From assembly GCA_963725665.1 (NCBI GenBank), contig CAVRZA010000002.1:352001-416000 (forward strand): a stretch of DNA of 64,000 nt, given 5' to 3'. A program made the translations under genes and the position numbers. The notes beneath the pieces are model-generated. The model was not told the origin of the DNA, made no database searches, and was given only the letters and a program-made list of their open reading frames with translations. Positions 50,676 to 60,622 of this stretch are shown here, piece after piece. The DNA comes from an uncultured Actinomycetes bacterium (GTDB taxonomy: Bacteria > Actinomycetota > Thermoleophilia > UBA2241). Within the stretch, counting starts at the first letter, position 1. The number at the start of each line of letters is the position of its first letter.

Positions 50676-50742
50676 TAGGGGGTCTGCCGCCCGGCAGGCC
50701 GCCCTCGTCGCGCTCGGAAAGGGCGATTACCAGGGAGTTAGT

Positions 50743-50820
50743 TGGTGCGCCCAGAGAGATTCGAACTCCCGACCTTCGGTTCCGTAGACCGACGCTCTAA
50801 TCCAGCTGAGCTATGGGCGC
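50743..50820 (-). tRNA. tRNA-Arg(ACG)
   Basis: GCGCCCA acceptor, anticodon TCGGT-CT-ACG-GA-ACCGA, CCA. Confidence 0.95.
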
Positions 50821-50955
50821 ACCGGGGCAAGGCAGTATACCGCAGAACGGTCGGGCGGTGAACCGGTCGTGGCAGGCGTCTACGTGCACGCGGCGTGGAC
50901 GGGCGCGGGAGAGCCGATGGGGAGGAGACAAGCGGGTCATGCCTGTGGAGGCGAC

Positions 50956-51049
50956 TGGCGGAGACGCCGGGATTCGAACCCGGGAAGGAGGCTTATACCC
51001 CCTTAACCGCTTAGCAGGCGGCTGCCTTCAGCCTCTCGGCCACGTCTCC
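50956..51049 (-). tRNA. tRNA-Ser(GCT)
   Basis: GGAGACG acceptor, anticodon GCCGC-CT-GCT-AA-GCGGT, long variable arm, CCA. Confidence 0.95.
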
Positions 51050-51076
51050 GCCGTGGAGCGCCCATGATACCAAAGC

Positions 51077-51111
51077 GATGGGCGGGTGAGGCAGAGCCTC
51101 ACCCGCCCATC
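51077..51111 (-). terminator. Hairpin downstream of the DUF378 gene
   Basis: GATGGGCGGGTGAGGC / GCCTCACCCGCCCATC 16-bp stem. Confidence 0.55.
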
Positions 51112-51165
51112 CTGCGAGCCGACCGGGAAGCCCAGTCGACTACGTGCGTGTGAGAAAGGTCGGCC

Positions 51166-51744
51166 TCAGGCGGCGTGTCTGTGCTCCTCCTCTGAGACCT
51201 CCGTCTCGACGGTCGTCTCCTCGCTCACGATCTCGAGCCTCTCGCGCTCGACGACCTCATGAGGTCGCACGAGGGATAGCTGGCCCGAGAGCAGCGAGAC
51301 CGCGAAGGGGATCAGTACGAGGCCGGAGATACCGACCAACGTGAAGAAGATCCGGTTGCCGGCCGCCAATGTCCCGAAGCTGAGTCCGGCGATAGCGCCG
51401 ACGACATCGTACTTGGCGATGCCGATGAAACCCCAGTTCAGGGCGCCGAGGGTGGCCATCAACAACGCCGCCCAACCGGTCATGAGCCAAGCGTCGGACG
51501 TGGGATACTCCTCACGCGCCTTCGTGCGCCCGGTACCCAGTGCCACCAGCCACGGGATCATGACCAGCCCGGCGATGCCGATCACCGTGAAGACGATGCG
51601 GCTGCCGGTGGTTACGTCGCCGAAGGTGCCGCGAGCCAAGTGACCGATGATGTCGTACTTGGCGATGCCCACGAAACCGATGTTGATGGCCGACAAGACT
51701 ACGACGATGAACGCGAGCACGCTCAGAAAACGCCACGCTTTCAT
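51166..51744 (-). CDS. Membrane protein with two DUF378-like repeats
   Basis: AINIGFVGIAKYDII...SRIVFTVIGIAG and GALNWGFIGIAKYDVV...NRIFFTLVGISG; AGGAGGTG RBS. Confidence 0.8.
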   Translation of the reverse strand: MKAWRFLSVLAFIVVVLSAINIGFVGIAKYDIIGHLARGTFGDVTTGSRIVFTVIGIAGLVMIPWLVALGTGRTKAREEYPTSDAWLMTGWAALLMATLGALNWGFIGIAKYDVVGAIAGLSFGTLAAGNRIFFTLVGISGLVLIPFAVSLLSGQLSLVRPHEVVERERLEIVSEETTVETEVSEEEHRHAA

Positions 51745-52036
51745 CTTCGTTTCACCTCCTTTTGCAGGTGTTTGCCTACGGTCGGCCATGTTCCCTTTCG
51801 GTGCGCGGCTAAACGGGGGTACGTTCTGAAGAGCCCGTCCGATGACGGCGTACGCCCAAGCGTGGTCGCCCTCGCGAGCGATCCGCGAATGCGCGTGTGA
51901 TCGGCGAATCGGGTGTCGCCGGCCCGCCAGATCGTCGCGGGCGAAGATGGGGGCTGGTCTTCAGGGGGAGGGCCGCCGCCGGGCGCGCCTCGCCGCACCC
52001 GGCGAGGCGCGCCCGGCGGCGCGCTGCGGAGGTTTG

Positions 52037-52957
52037 TCAGATCCTCAGGTAGGAGTCTGCGTAGATGACCTGGTTCTGCAGCATGCGGTAGGTCTTAAGG
52101 AGCGCCACCTGGTCGGGGTCATCGCCGTCGACCAGACGCTCGTCGAGCTCCTCCATGACCGCCGTGGCGTCGTGTAGCGCCAGCACCAGCCTGTTCAGCG
52201 GCGTCGAGTCATCGCGCTCCTCCACGACCCTGATCCACTCCATCTGCACCGCGTCTAGCGGGTCGGCGATGGCGCTGTCGAGCCCGGCCCCCATGAGCAT
52301 GACCAGGTAGGCGCGGTTGATCAGCGGGCGCGAGTCCGGGTCGCAGCCGTTGGAGACGTTGGAGAGTCCCACGGTCGTCGTCGGCGGCGGGTCGGCGAGC
52401 ATCTTGAACATGCGGATCGCCTCGACCGAGACGTGGGCCACGTCCTGGTTGCAGGTCACGGTGAGCACGAGAGGATCGAGGAAGACGTCTTCGACCGGCA
52501 CGCCGGCGGCCTCGGCGGCGGGCAGCAGGGCCTCCATGGCGATGCCCACGCGGCCGTCGGAGGTCGTGGGGATGCCCTCGACGCCCATCGTCAGAGAGAT
52601 GACGCGCGCCTTGTGGCGCGCGGCGAGCTCCATGACCCTGTCGAGGCGCTCCGGGTCGGCCGAGGCCGAGTTGAGCATCGCGCGCTGCTTGCAGACGGCG
52701 AGCCCGGCCTCCATGGCGAAGAGGTTCGTGGTGTCGAGTGAGAGCGGCACGTCGACGACCTCCTGGACCGCCTCGACGATCCAGGGCATGATCTCAGCCC
52801 CGAGCTTCTTCTGGGGCCCGATGTTCAGGTCGAGGATGCCCGCGCCGGCCTCGACCTGGCGCACGGCGAGCTCCTGGATGTAGCCCGCTTCGCGCCCCTC
52901 GATTGCCTCCTTCACGCGGGGAGAGATGATGTGGATGTTCTCACCGATGATGAGCAC
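52037..52957 (-). CDS. acsE: Methyltetrahydrofolate:corrinoid Fe-S protein methyltransferase
   Basis: MLIIGENI, LDLNIG, PLSLDTTN, FLDPLV, VGLSNVS, GLDSAIADP; last gene of the acs cluster. Confidence 0.9.
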   Translation of the reverse strand: MLIIGENIHIISPRVKEAIEGREAGYIQELAVRQVEAGAGILDLNIGPQKKLGAEIMPWIVEAVQEVVDVPLSLDTTNLFAMEAGLAVCKQRAMLNSASADPERLDRVMELAARHKARVISLTMGVEGIPTTSDGRVGIAMEALLPAAEAAGVPVEDVFLDPLVLTVTCNQDVAHVSVEAIRMFKMLADPPPTTTVGLSNVSNGCDPDSRPLINRAYLVMLMGAGLDSAIADPLDAVQMEWIRVVEERDDSTPLNRLVLALHDATAVMEELDERLVDGDDPDQVALLKTYRMLQNQVIYADSYLRI

Positions 52958-53741
52958 CGAGCGTCTCCTTTACGGTCGACAGGGACATGAGGGTGTCGAC
53001 GACGTCGTCGACGCCGGCGGCCACGGCGCTCGTCTCCGGCAGGTCGACGAGCGGGCTGCCGACGGCGTCGAACTCGGCCACCTGGCGGTCTTCGGGCAGC
53101 GTGGCGAGCAGGTTGAGGCCGTACCGCGCGATGACCTCCCGGAGTTCGGGCGCGAGCCCGTTCGGGGCGCGGTTGATGACGAGGTAGTGGTGGCCGACCT
53201 TGGTCTTGAGCTCGCCGATGAGCTCGACGACGCGGCCGGCGGTCGTCAGCCCGCGCACCGTGGGGTCGCTGACGATGAGCAGCACGTCGACGTCGCGCGT
53301 CGTGCGCCGCGAGAGGTGCTCGAGCCCAGCTTCGTTGTCGATCACCACGCACTCGTAGGAGCCGGCGATGCGGTCGACGATGGTGCGCAGCATCGTGTTG
53401 GCCGCGCAGTAGCAGCCCGGTCCCTCGGGCCGGCCCATGGCCAGCAGGTCGACGCCCTCGCCCTCCACGAGGCTCGCGTTGATCTCGTAGTCGAGCAGGT
53501 CGGCCTTGGCGACGCCGGCCTCGAGCTGACCGGATCGCGCCTTCTCCGAGGTGTCCTCGCGGATGTCGCCCACCGTGCGCTCGAGAGGCAGGTCGAGCAC
53601 GGTGTTGAGGTTGCTCGCCGGGTCGGCGTCGATGGCCAGCACCGGCCGCATGCCCCGCTCGAGGAGGCTGCGGATGAGGAGGGCGGCGATGGTCGTCTTG
53701 CCCGTGCCGCCCTTGCCGGCGACGGCGATGGTCACGGTCAT
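52941..53741 (-). CDS. cooC: CooC/AcsF-type nickel-insertion ATPase
   Basis: AVAGKGGTGKTT, IDADP, MGRPEGPGCYC, IDNEAGLEHLSR. Confidence 0.92.
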   Translation of the reverse strand: MTVTIAVAGKGGTGKTTIAALLIRSLLERGMRPVLAIDADPASNLNTVLDLPLERTVGDIREDTSEKARSGQLEAGVAKADLLDYEINASLVEGEGVDLLAMGRPEGPGCYCAANTMLRTIVDRIAGSYECVVIDNEAGLEHLSRRTTRDVDVLLIVSDPTVRGLTTAGRVVELIGELKTKVGHHYLVINRAPNGLAPELREVIARYGLNLLATLPEDRQVAEFDAVGSPLVDLPETSAVAAGVDDVVDTLMSLSTVKETLGAHHR

Positions 53742-55870
53742 GGTCTTTCGTCCCTTCGATCGGCATGGTCGGCCGCGGTGCTCTCCCTGCTGCCGGTGTT
53801 GGTCTCCTCGAGCAGCGCCTTGACGGTAGGGAAGGCATCGAGGTCGGTGTGGGGCAAGAAGAGGGCGGAGGTGTATTGCTCCATGAAGCTGTTGTCGACG
53901 GAGAGCTCGAGGTAGGTCATCTTGGCGGCGACGTCGAGGATGTCGTGGCGGCAGTTGACGCACAGGAGGGCGGTGTATGCGCCGAGGGCGCTCGTGTTGC
54001 CCAGGAAGTGGAAGCGCTGCACCGGCTGGTCGGGCAGCAGGCCGATCTGGATGGCCTTCTCCACGTTGATGTACTGGCCGAAGGCGCCGCCGATGAGTAT
54101 CTGCTCGACCGCGGCCAGGTCGACACCCACACTCCGGCAGAGCACGGAGAAGCCGGCGTAGATGGCCGCCTTGGCGCGCACCAGGCTGCCGACGTCGCTC
54201 TCGGTCAGCACGATGTCGTGTCCCACGCCGGTCTCGGACGCCCAGGCGACGACGTATTCGAGGCCGTGCTCGCCCTCGCGCAGCCGTGGAGTGAGGTCGG
54301 TAGCAGTGCGGTCGAAGCGGCCGCCCTTGTCGAGCAGACCAGTGACGAACAGCTCGGCGAGCAGGTCGATGAGACCGCTGCCGCAGATGCCCTGCGGGCG
54401 GGCGTTGTCGATCGTCCGGTAAGTGGGCTCGAAGGTCTCGGCGCTGATCCACACGTCCTCGATCGCACCCGTGCTGGCACGCATGCCGTGGTAGACCTCG
54501 CCGCCCTCGAAGGCGGGCCCGGCCGAACAGGCGCACGAGATGAGCCAGTCCTTGCTGCCGAGCACGATCTCGCCGTTGGTACCCACGTCGATGAAGAGGG
54601 TGAGCCGTTCGGTGGCGAACATCCCCGAGGAGATGACGCCGGCTGTGATGTCACCGCCCACGTAGCTGCCCACGGAGGGCAAACAGTGCACGCGCGCCAG
54701 TGGATTGACGTTGAGGTCTAGCTCGCGAGCGACGAGTTTTGGTGGCGTGGTCACGGTGGGTACGTAGGGCTCTTCGCGGAGGTACTTGGGGTCGAGGCCC
54801 AGCAGCAGGTGGGTCATGGTGGTGTTGCCCGCGATGACGACCTCGTGGATGGCGGTCGGCAGGATGTCGTTGCGGGCGGCGAGCTCTTTGATGAGCTCGT
54901 TGAGAGTACCGACGGCGAGGCGCTCGAGCGTGTACAGGCCGCGCCCGCGCTGCGAGTAGACGATGCGCGCGATGACGTCGTCGCCGTGGGACACCTGGGC
55001 GTTGTAGGCGCTGGCCGTGTCGACGACGCGCGCGGTGCTGAAGTCGACCAGGTAGACCACCACGCTCGTGGTGCCCAGGTCGACGGCGAGCCCGTAGTCG
55101 GTGCGCTCGTCGGCTGCGGGCCTCACGTCGATGATCCGCGGCGGGAGGTAGGAGCCGTAGACCCAGTCACGCATCTCGAGGGTCACGGCGACCTTCCAGT
55201 CGGCCTCGCGCAGGGTGCGCGCGAGTCGCTTGATGATGTCCAGCTCGGCGCGCAGGTCGTCGATGCCGAACTGGCGATTCATCGCTCGCCGCAAGCGGTC
55301 GAAGTCGGTCGTCTGATCGGCCAGCGAGGGCGGCGTGATGTCGAGCACGAACGTGCGCACGGCCGGGTTTCGCTGCCAGTCGCAGCTCACCGGCAGGGCC
55401 TCGGGCTTCGCCGCCGCGTGGCCGGTGGGGAAGACGGGCCCCTTCACCCGGCGCGGCGCGACGACCGTGATCGAGGTCACCGGCTGGTCGGTGACGGCGG
55501 CGGCCTGTTCGGTCGCGCTCGCGACCTGGTCCACGCCGGCCGCCTGGCCGCCCGCAACGGAGGGCACGCCGGGTCCCTCGGCCACGAAGGTCTGACAGGC
55601 CAGCGCGTAGCCTTCTGCCTGTTCCTCGGGCTTGAGGTGCGCGCTGCTGCGCACGCGGAAGGCGCTGCGGGCGGTGGCCGGGTCCGCGAAGCGGACCTTG
55701 CACCGCCCGCAGCGCCCCTGCCCGCCGCACGGCGTCTCGACCGTGACGCCGGCCTCGCTGGCGAGGTCGGCCAGGCTCGCGCCGGGCTGAGCGGCGATCT
55801 TCACCCCGTACGGTTCGAACGCCACGAGCAGCCGCGTCTCGACGGCCGTCTCGGGGGTCCTCCCGCTCAT
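53738..55870 (-). CDS. acsV: Corrinoid reductive activator (AcsV/RACo; [2Fe-2S] + ASKHA ATPase)
   Basis: PCGGQGRCGRC, AVDLGTTS, IDVGTNGE, SAGPAFEG, GICGSG, GGAFG, LGNTS. Confidence 0.92.
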   Translation of the reverse strand: MSGRTPETAVETRLLVAFEPYGVKIAAQPGASLADLASEAGVTVETPCGGQGRCGRCKVRFADPATARSAFRVRSSAHLKPEEQAEGYALACQTFVAEGPGVPSVAGGQAAGVDQVASATEQAAAVTDQPVTSITVVAPRRVKGPVFPTGHAAAKPEALPVSCDWQRNPAVRTFVLDITPPSLADQTTDFDRLRRAMNRQFGIDDLRAELDIIKRLARTLREADWKVAVTLEMRDWVYGSYLPPRIIDVRPAADERTDYGLAVDLGTTSVVVYLVDFSTARVVDTASAYNAQVSHGDDVIARIVYSQRGRGLYTLERLAVGTLNELIKELAARNDILPTAIHEVVIAGNTTMTHLLLGLDPKYLREEPYVPTVTTPPKLVARELDLNVNPLARVHCLPSVGSYVGGDITAGVISSGMFATERLTLFIDVGTNGEIVLGSKDWLISCACSAGPAFEGGEVYHGMRASTGAIEDVWISAETFEPTYRTIDNARPQGICGSGLIDLLAELFVTGLLDKGGRFDRTATDLTPRLREGEHGLEYVVAWASETGVGHDIVLTESDVGSLVRAKAAIYAGFSVLCRSVGVDLAAVEQILIGGAFGQYINVEKAIQIGLLPDQPVQRFHFLGNTSALGAYTALLCVNCRHDILDVAAKMTYLELSVDNSFMEQYTSALFLPHTDLDAFPTVKALLEETNTGSRESTAADHADRRDERP

Positions 55871-55906
55871 CCTGTCGTTGCTTTGCTCATGTATCCAGAG
55901 ACACCA

Positions 55907-57253
55907 TCACGCCTGTGACCAGACGGTCTTCAGGTAGCTCGGGATGTCGACCGCCTCGCGCGGTCCGACCATGATCTGCCAGCCCGGCAGCTCCTCCTCG
56001 GTCTCGCCCGAGAGCGAGGCGACGTGGCCGGGAATGACGAGCTTCTTGTGCGCCAGCTTGTCGGCGACGCCCGACTCCTTGACCGTCTTGGCGATCTTCT
56101 CGGCGTCGAACTTGCCGGCTGCCCAGCTTGTGAGCACCGACTGGCCGTCGGCGTCGGCCACGAGCAGCCAGGCCGGGTTGCCGGCGCCCTCCACCTCGCC
56201 CGAGACGCTGAAGTAGGTGAGCGAGAAGTTCGTCGTGATGAGCAGCGGGCTGTCGGCGCCCGGCTCGCCGATCTGGTAGAGGCCTGGCTCAACCTGGATC
56301 GGCTTCTGCGGGTCCGTGTAGATGTTCAGCCGCAGCGAGAGCAGCGGATAGATCCCCTCCGCCTGGCCGTGGTCGAGCACGACGAGGCCGGCGTACTTGG
56401 CGATCGCCTGGGTGGCGAGGGCGGTCTGGTCTTCGACCGTCTCTCCGCCGGCGAAGGCGATGAGGGGGAACCCGAAGGGCCGGAAGCTCTTCTTGAGCGC
56501 CAGACGGCGAAGCTGCGTGAAGGCCGCCAGGCTGTCGCCCAGGCCGCGGGTGCCGGGGTCGATGACGAGGTCCTCGACCCCGGCGCCGCGAACGTCGTCG
56601 GAGAGCCGAGCGAGAACCTCGAGGTCGCCGTCGTCGGCGCGGATGGCCAGCGGGCAGCCGTGCTGCTTGGCGAGCGCGGCCATCGCTTGCCAGTTCGCCG
56701 CCGTCGCGGCGTGCAGGAGCGGCCGCGCCGGTGCGACCTCGGCCAGGGCCGCGCCCATCGCCGTCGCGTCCTCGCACAGGAGGACCAGCGGCACGTCCGC
56801 GGCGGCGGCCGTGGCCGCCGCCGCGCGCGCGAAGGCGGCGGCGTCGCCCGAGGCGTTCTCGAGCGCGATGAAGTCGAGGCGCAGCCCGATGCCGACGCGC
56901 TCGACGGCGTAGGCGGCGACTTGTGCCGCGTGCGCGGCCAGGTCGGGATCGTCGTCGGCCAGCCGCACGCCGAGCCCCGGCTGGTTGAAGAAGGTCTTCT
57001 CGTGCCTGAAGAGCACGGTCTCGTTACCCACGGAGAAAGCGCGTTCGCCGGCGCCCACAGTGACGAGCTTGACGGGCGGTGCCGACGCCGCTTCGAGCGC
57101 CGCCCGCGTCTCCTCGGTGACGTAGGGGCACTTGTCGAGCTCGGTCCCCTTCTGGGCCAGCTTCATGGCGAAGGCCAGGCAGGTGGGAAAGCCGCACTCC
57201 TTGCAGTTCGTCTTGGGGAGCAGCTTGTAGATCTCGAGTCCGGTGAGAGCCAT
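55907..57253 (-). CDS. acsC: Corrinoid Fe-S protein large (gamma) subunit
   Basis: LPKTNCKECGFPTCLAFA, IYTDPQKP, TTNFSLTY, SVLTSWAAGKF, VGPREA. Confidence 0.97.
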   Translation of the reverse strand: MALTGLEIYKLLPKTNCKECGFPTCLAFAMKLAQKGTELDKCPYVTEETRAALEAASAPPVKLVTVGAGERAFSVGNETVLFRHEKTFFNQPGLGVRLADDDPDLAAHAAQVAAYAVERVGIGLRLDFIALENASGDAAAFARAAAATAAAADVPLVLLCEDATAMGAALAEVAPARPLLHAATAANWQAMAALAKQHGCPLAIRADDGDLEVLARLSDDVRGAGVEDLVIDPGTRGLGDSLAAFTQLRRLALKKSFRPFGFPLIAFAGGETVEDQTALATQAIAKYAGLVVLDHGQAEGIYPLLSLRLNIYTDPQKPIQVEPGLYQIGEPGADSPLLITTNFSLTYFSVSGEVEGAGNPAWLLVADADGQSVLTSWAAGKFDAEKIAKTVKESGVADKLAHKKLVIPGHVASLSGETEEELPGWQIMVGPREAVDIPSYLKTVWSQA

Positions 57254-57269
57254 CGAACTCACCTGCCTT

Positions 57270-58286
57270 TCAGGACGCCGTGGCGGTCGCGGGGCCGGAC
57301 AAAGACGCCGCCGCGACGGCCGCGCCGGGCGGCGTCATGAGATCGGCGATGCTCTTCTGCACGCGCTTGATGGAGCGCGGGTGGCGCATGACGACGATGT
57401 CGGCGCCCGACTCGAGCAGCGTGGTCGCAGTGATCGTCTCCCAGAGCACGCCGCGCGTGGCGAACTCGCCCCACTCCTCGGGCACGCCCTCGGGCACGCG
57501 AGACTCCTTCTGGCGCCACGACTCCTCGCCCACGTTGCAGATCATGGGCTGCTGCGTCATCGAGTCGCCCATCAGGGCGGCGAGACGCAGGCGCTCCATC
57601 ACAGAGTAGGTGTACTCGATGCCGTAGCCGAGGGCGCCGGTGTTGGGGTCCATGAGCACGCGCTCGAGCGGCAGCCCCATGTCGCTGATGAGGATGTTGA
57701 GCTGCTTCGCCAGGTTGACGTCGATGGGCGAGAAGGCGGCCACCAGGTGGCCGTTGCCGAGCGCCGCGGCGACGATCGTGCGGTAGTTCTTGTCCTCGCA
57801 GTTGGCGAGGCAGATGCACTCTCCCTTGGTCGCCTCGGCGACGGCGATGAGCACCTCGTTGTCCTTGTCGGCCACACCGGGCCCGTAGACGATCAGCGGC
57901 ACGCCCACGGCGGCGAGCACGCGGTCGACCACCCGGACGGCGTCGCTCGCGCTCGTGTCGCCGCGCTCGGGATGGCAGCTGCGCAGCTTGAGAGCGATGA
58001 GATCGGCGCCCTGCTCGACGGCCCACTCTGCCCACGCCGCGGGGTCGTGCGCCGCCTCACCGAGGGCTGAAAGCAGCTCCGGTGACCAATCGGTGGGATA
58101 GGCGTCCGCGACCTCGGCGGCGACCACCGGGCGGTGGGGTATGGCGCCCTCGAAATGCAGGAACGGCAGCGTCGTCTCGCCGCCCACCGTCACGGTCGCC
58201 GCTCGCGTGCCGGAGCCGTGGCTCGCGCCCAGGGTCACCTCACGTACGGCGCCGGGCCACTTCTCCTTCGGTGTCTCCACACTCAT
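57270..58286 (-). CDS. acsD: Corrinoid Fe-S protein small (delta) subunit
   Basis: VGGETTLPFLHFEG, SPIDVNLAKQLN, ALGYGIEYTYSVMER, VMRHP. Confidence 0.97.
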   Translation of the reverse strand: MSVETPKEKWPGAVREVTLGASHGSGTRAATVTVGGETTLPFLHFEGAIPHRPVVAAEVADAYPTDWSPELLSALGEAAHDPAAWAEWAVEQGADLIALKLRSCHPERGDTSASDAVRVVDRVLAAVGVPLIVYGPGVADKDNEVLIAVAEATKGECICLANCEDKNYRTIVAAALGNGHLVAAFSPIDVNLAKQLNILISDMGLPLERVLMDPNTGALGYGIEYTYSVMERLRLAALMGDSMTQQPMICNVGEESWRQKESRVPEGVPEEWGEFATRGVLWETITATTLLESGADIVVMRHPRSIKRVQKSIADLMTPPGAAVAAASLSGPATATAS

Positions 58287-58337
58287 CGCTTCACTCCTCA
58301 AAGGGTAGGGAGGGATTGCCACAAGGAAGGGCGCCCA

Positions 58338-60620
58338 TCAGAACAGCGGATCCATGGTCAGCGCCGGGTGCCCCTTCTCCTCGAGGAAGGGCAGTAGCTC
58401 CTCGACGCTGGTGGCCACGGTCTCGTCGGCGATCTGCTCGAGCAGGCCGGGGACGCCATCACGCTCGCAGACCTCCTCGATAGCCGGCCCCATCGACTCT
58501 TTGAGGATGCTGCTCATCCAGACGATGCGCTTCATGCCACCGTCGGCGGAGAGGAACTTCTTGCTCGTCAGGTAGTACTTGCCCATGCCCATCATGCCTG
58601 GCGTCTGCATACCGCCGCCGGCGGTGCCGGCCAGGGTCGAGAAAGTCATGCCGCACGGTGTCATGCTGGGGTCCTCGCGACTCACGATCATGAATCCGTT
58701 GGCCTCGGGCACCAAGACGGCGATGCACTCGAAGCAGCCGCACGAGGTCATGGGTGCGTCCATCATCGAGTAGAAGGTGCAGCGCTCGACCGTCTGGTTG
58801 GAGGTCACTCTGATGAACTCGTTGGGGCCCGAGAACTCGCCCTTCACGGGGTCGATGATGATGCCCTTGGGCACCGGCTGGTTCGGCCCCGTGGGGTTGA
58901 TCTCGAAGCTCGCCTTGCAGTCGAGCCAGTTGTAGGCGCCACAGAGGCCCACACGCTCGGGGTTCACCACGCAGACGTGGTTGGGTGCGAAGCTCTGGCA
59001 GAGCAGGCAGCTGTAGAAGGTGTCGACCGACTCGTCGGTGAGGGTGGCGATGCGGTCGTTGCGCTCCTTGTAGGCGGCGCGCGCCTCCTCGAGCAGGGGG
59101 TCGATCAGGGCCTCTTCGGTGACCAACTGCACCTGCACCTTGTCGACGATGTTGCCGAACACGTCGTGGATGCGCGCGTGCAGGAGCTTGCCCAGGTGCT
59201 CGAGGCGGAAGCCCTTGGCGAAGGCGTTCTTGCTCACGCGGATCCAGGTGATGTCGCGCTGGCCGTTGTGCTGGATGCCCTCGGCGCCGTTGGTGAAGTA
59301 GTGGAACTGGCGCTCGACGATGGGCTCGAAGTCCTTCTGCATCTTGCGCCCGGCGACGTCGACGATGATGCCCAGCGGCATGGCCCCGCCCTCCTCGACC
59401 GAGTCGAGGTCGGCGCCGGTGAGGATGATCTTGCCGTCCTCGACCTGGTCGGTCGGCCTCATGCGCAGGAACTCGAAGGCGCGCGTGCGCTTGCCGCCGA
59501 ACTCCATCTGCATGATCTCCTTGCGCACGCGCTCGCCCTCGAAGGCCGAACCGTAGGCGACGGGGATGCCGATCTTCTTCTGGCGCACCTTGACGCCGCG
59601 CACCTCGATGCAGCGTTGGATGAGCTTCTCGGCGCGCTCCAGGTCGTCGGCGCCGGGGATCTCGTCGAAGGGCATCGAGACGACGTGCTCGTAGGTCGTG
59701 ACGCCGGTGGGGAGGATCTGTGGTATGCGCGTGTCGGCAATGACCGGGAAGCCGTAGGAGATGGCGCCGGCCGCGGTGGCGTACTTGAGGTCGTCGACCT
59801 CGCCCAGCGCGAGCACGAAGGCGAACACGCGGTACTTGTTGTAGAGCATGATCTCGCGCGCCTGGCCCGGGCTCATGCCGCCGAAGGTCAGGGCCGAGCG
59901 GGCGGCGAAACCCAGCGCGTAGATGGCCGAGATGGTGTCTACGCCGAACGGCACCGTGAAGGTGTCGTAGCCGAGCTGCACGCCCTCTTCGATGAGCTGG
60001 TGGATGATGCTGCGCCCGTTGACGTTGCCGGAGAGGAAGATGAGGATGCCGCGGCTCTGCAGCTGACGCACGATCTCGACCGCCACCTCGTTCGACTTGG
60101 CGCAGCCGACGATGGCGGCGAACCCGGGCATGCGCCCGTCGACGAGCTGGATGCCCCAGGCCCTGAGCTGGATGTCGTCGATGGGGCCGTTGAGCACCGC
60201 CTTGTCGCCGTGCACGAAGACGTCGCTGCCGCCGAAGCGTTCGCTGGACTTGTGTCCACCGAGCACGATGCGCTGCGGCTCGAGGCCCTCGGCGAAGCGC
60301 GCGCCCTCGATTGCCTCCTCGGCCAGCAGCGTAGCCACGCCGGAGTCGAGGGTCTCGCCCAAGTAGGGGAGCCAGAACGATTCCGCCGGCTCGGGATGCA
60401 GGAGCGACCTGGCGCGCTCTACCACCGGCGCCAGGTCGCCCAGCTTCTCGACCTTGTGGCCGAGGAAGGCGTAGGTGACGGGCAGGTAGTAGGCGGTGTT
60501 GGTGAACTGCACGGGGGCTTCGGGGCCGAGGCGCTCGATCGCGTCGGCGACGAGCGCCTCGGCCTCGCCCACGATGGCGTTGGCGCCCCTGATGGCGCTG
60601 GTGGCGACGTAGCGCGACAC
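58338..60620 (-). CDS. acsB: Acetyl-CoA synthase (bacterial type)
   Basis: NTAYYLP, GQRD, YSCLLCQSFAPNHVC, GLCGA, PMTSCGCFE A-cluster motifs. Confidence 0.97.
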   Translation of the reverse strand: MSRYVATSAIRGANAIVGEAEALVADAIERLGPEAPVQFTNTAYYLPVTYAFLGHKVEKLGDLAPVVERARSLLHPEPAESFWLPYLGETLDSGVATLLAEEAIEGARFAEGLEPQRIVLGGHKSSERFGGSDVFVHGDKAVLNGPIDDIQLRAWGIQLVDGRMPGFAAIVGCAKSNEVAVEIVRQLQSRGILIFLSGNVNGRSIIHQLIEEGVQLGYDTFTVPFGVDTISAIYALGFAARSALTFGGMSPGQAREIMLYNKYRVFAFVLALGEVDDLKYATAAGAISYGFPVIADTRIPQILPTGVTTYEHVVSMPFDEIPGADDLERAEKLIQRCIEVRGVKVRQKKIGIPVAYGSAFEGERVRKEIMQMEFGGKRTRAFEFLRMRPTDQVEDGKIILTGADLDSVEEGGAMPLGIIVDVAGRKMQKDFEPIVERQFHYFTNGAEGIQHNGQRDITWIRVSKNAFAKGFRLEHLGKLLHARIHDVFGNIVDKVQVQLVTEEALIDPLLEEARAAYKERNDRIATLTDESVDTFYSCLLCQSFAPNHVCVVNPERVGLCGAYNWLDCKASFEINPTGPNQPVPKGIIIDPVKGEFSGPNEFIRVTSNQTVERCTFYSMMDAPMTSCGCFECIAVLVPEANGFMIVSREDPSMTPCGMTFSTLAGTAGGGMQTPGMMGMGKYYLTSKKFLSADGGMKRIVWMSSILKESMGPAIEEVCERDGVPGLLEQIADETVATSVEELLPFLEEKGHPALTMDPLF

Positions 60621-60622
60621 GG

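Noticed and set aside
50341-50742. Intact integrase or prophage at tRNA-Arg
   Set aside because: No integrase ORF, phage genes or duplicated att core found in the window
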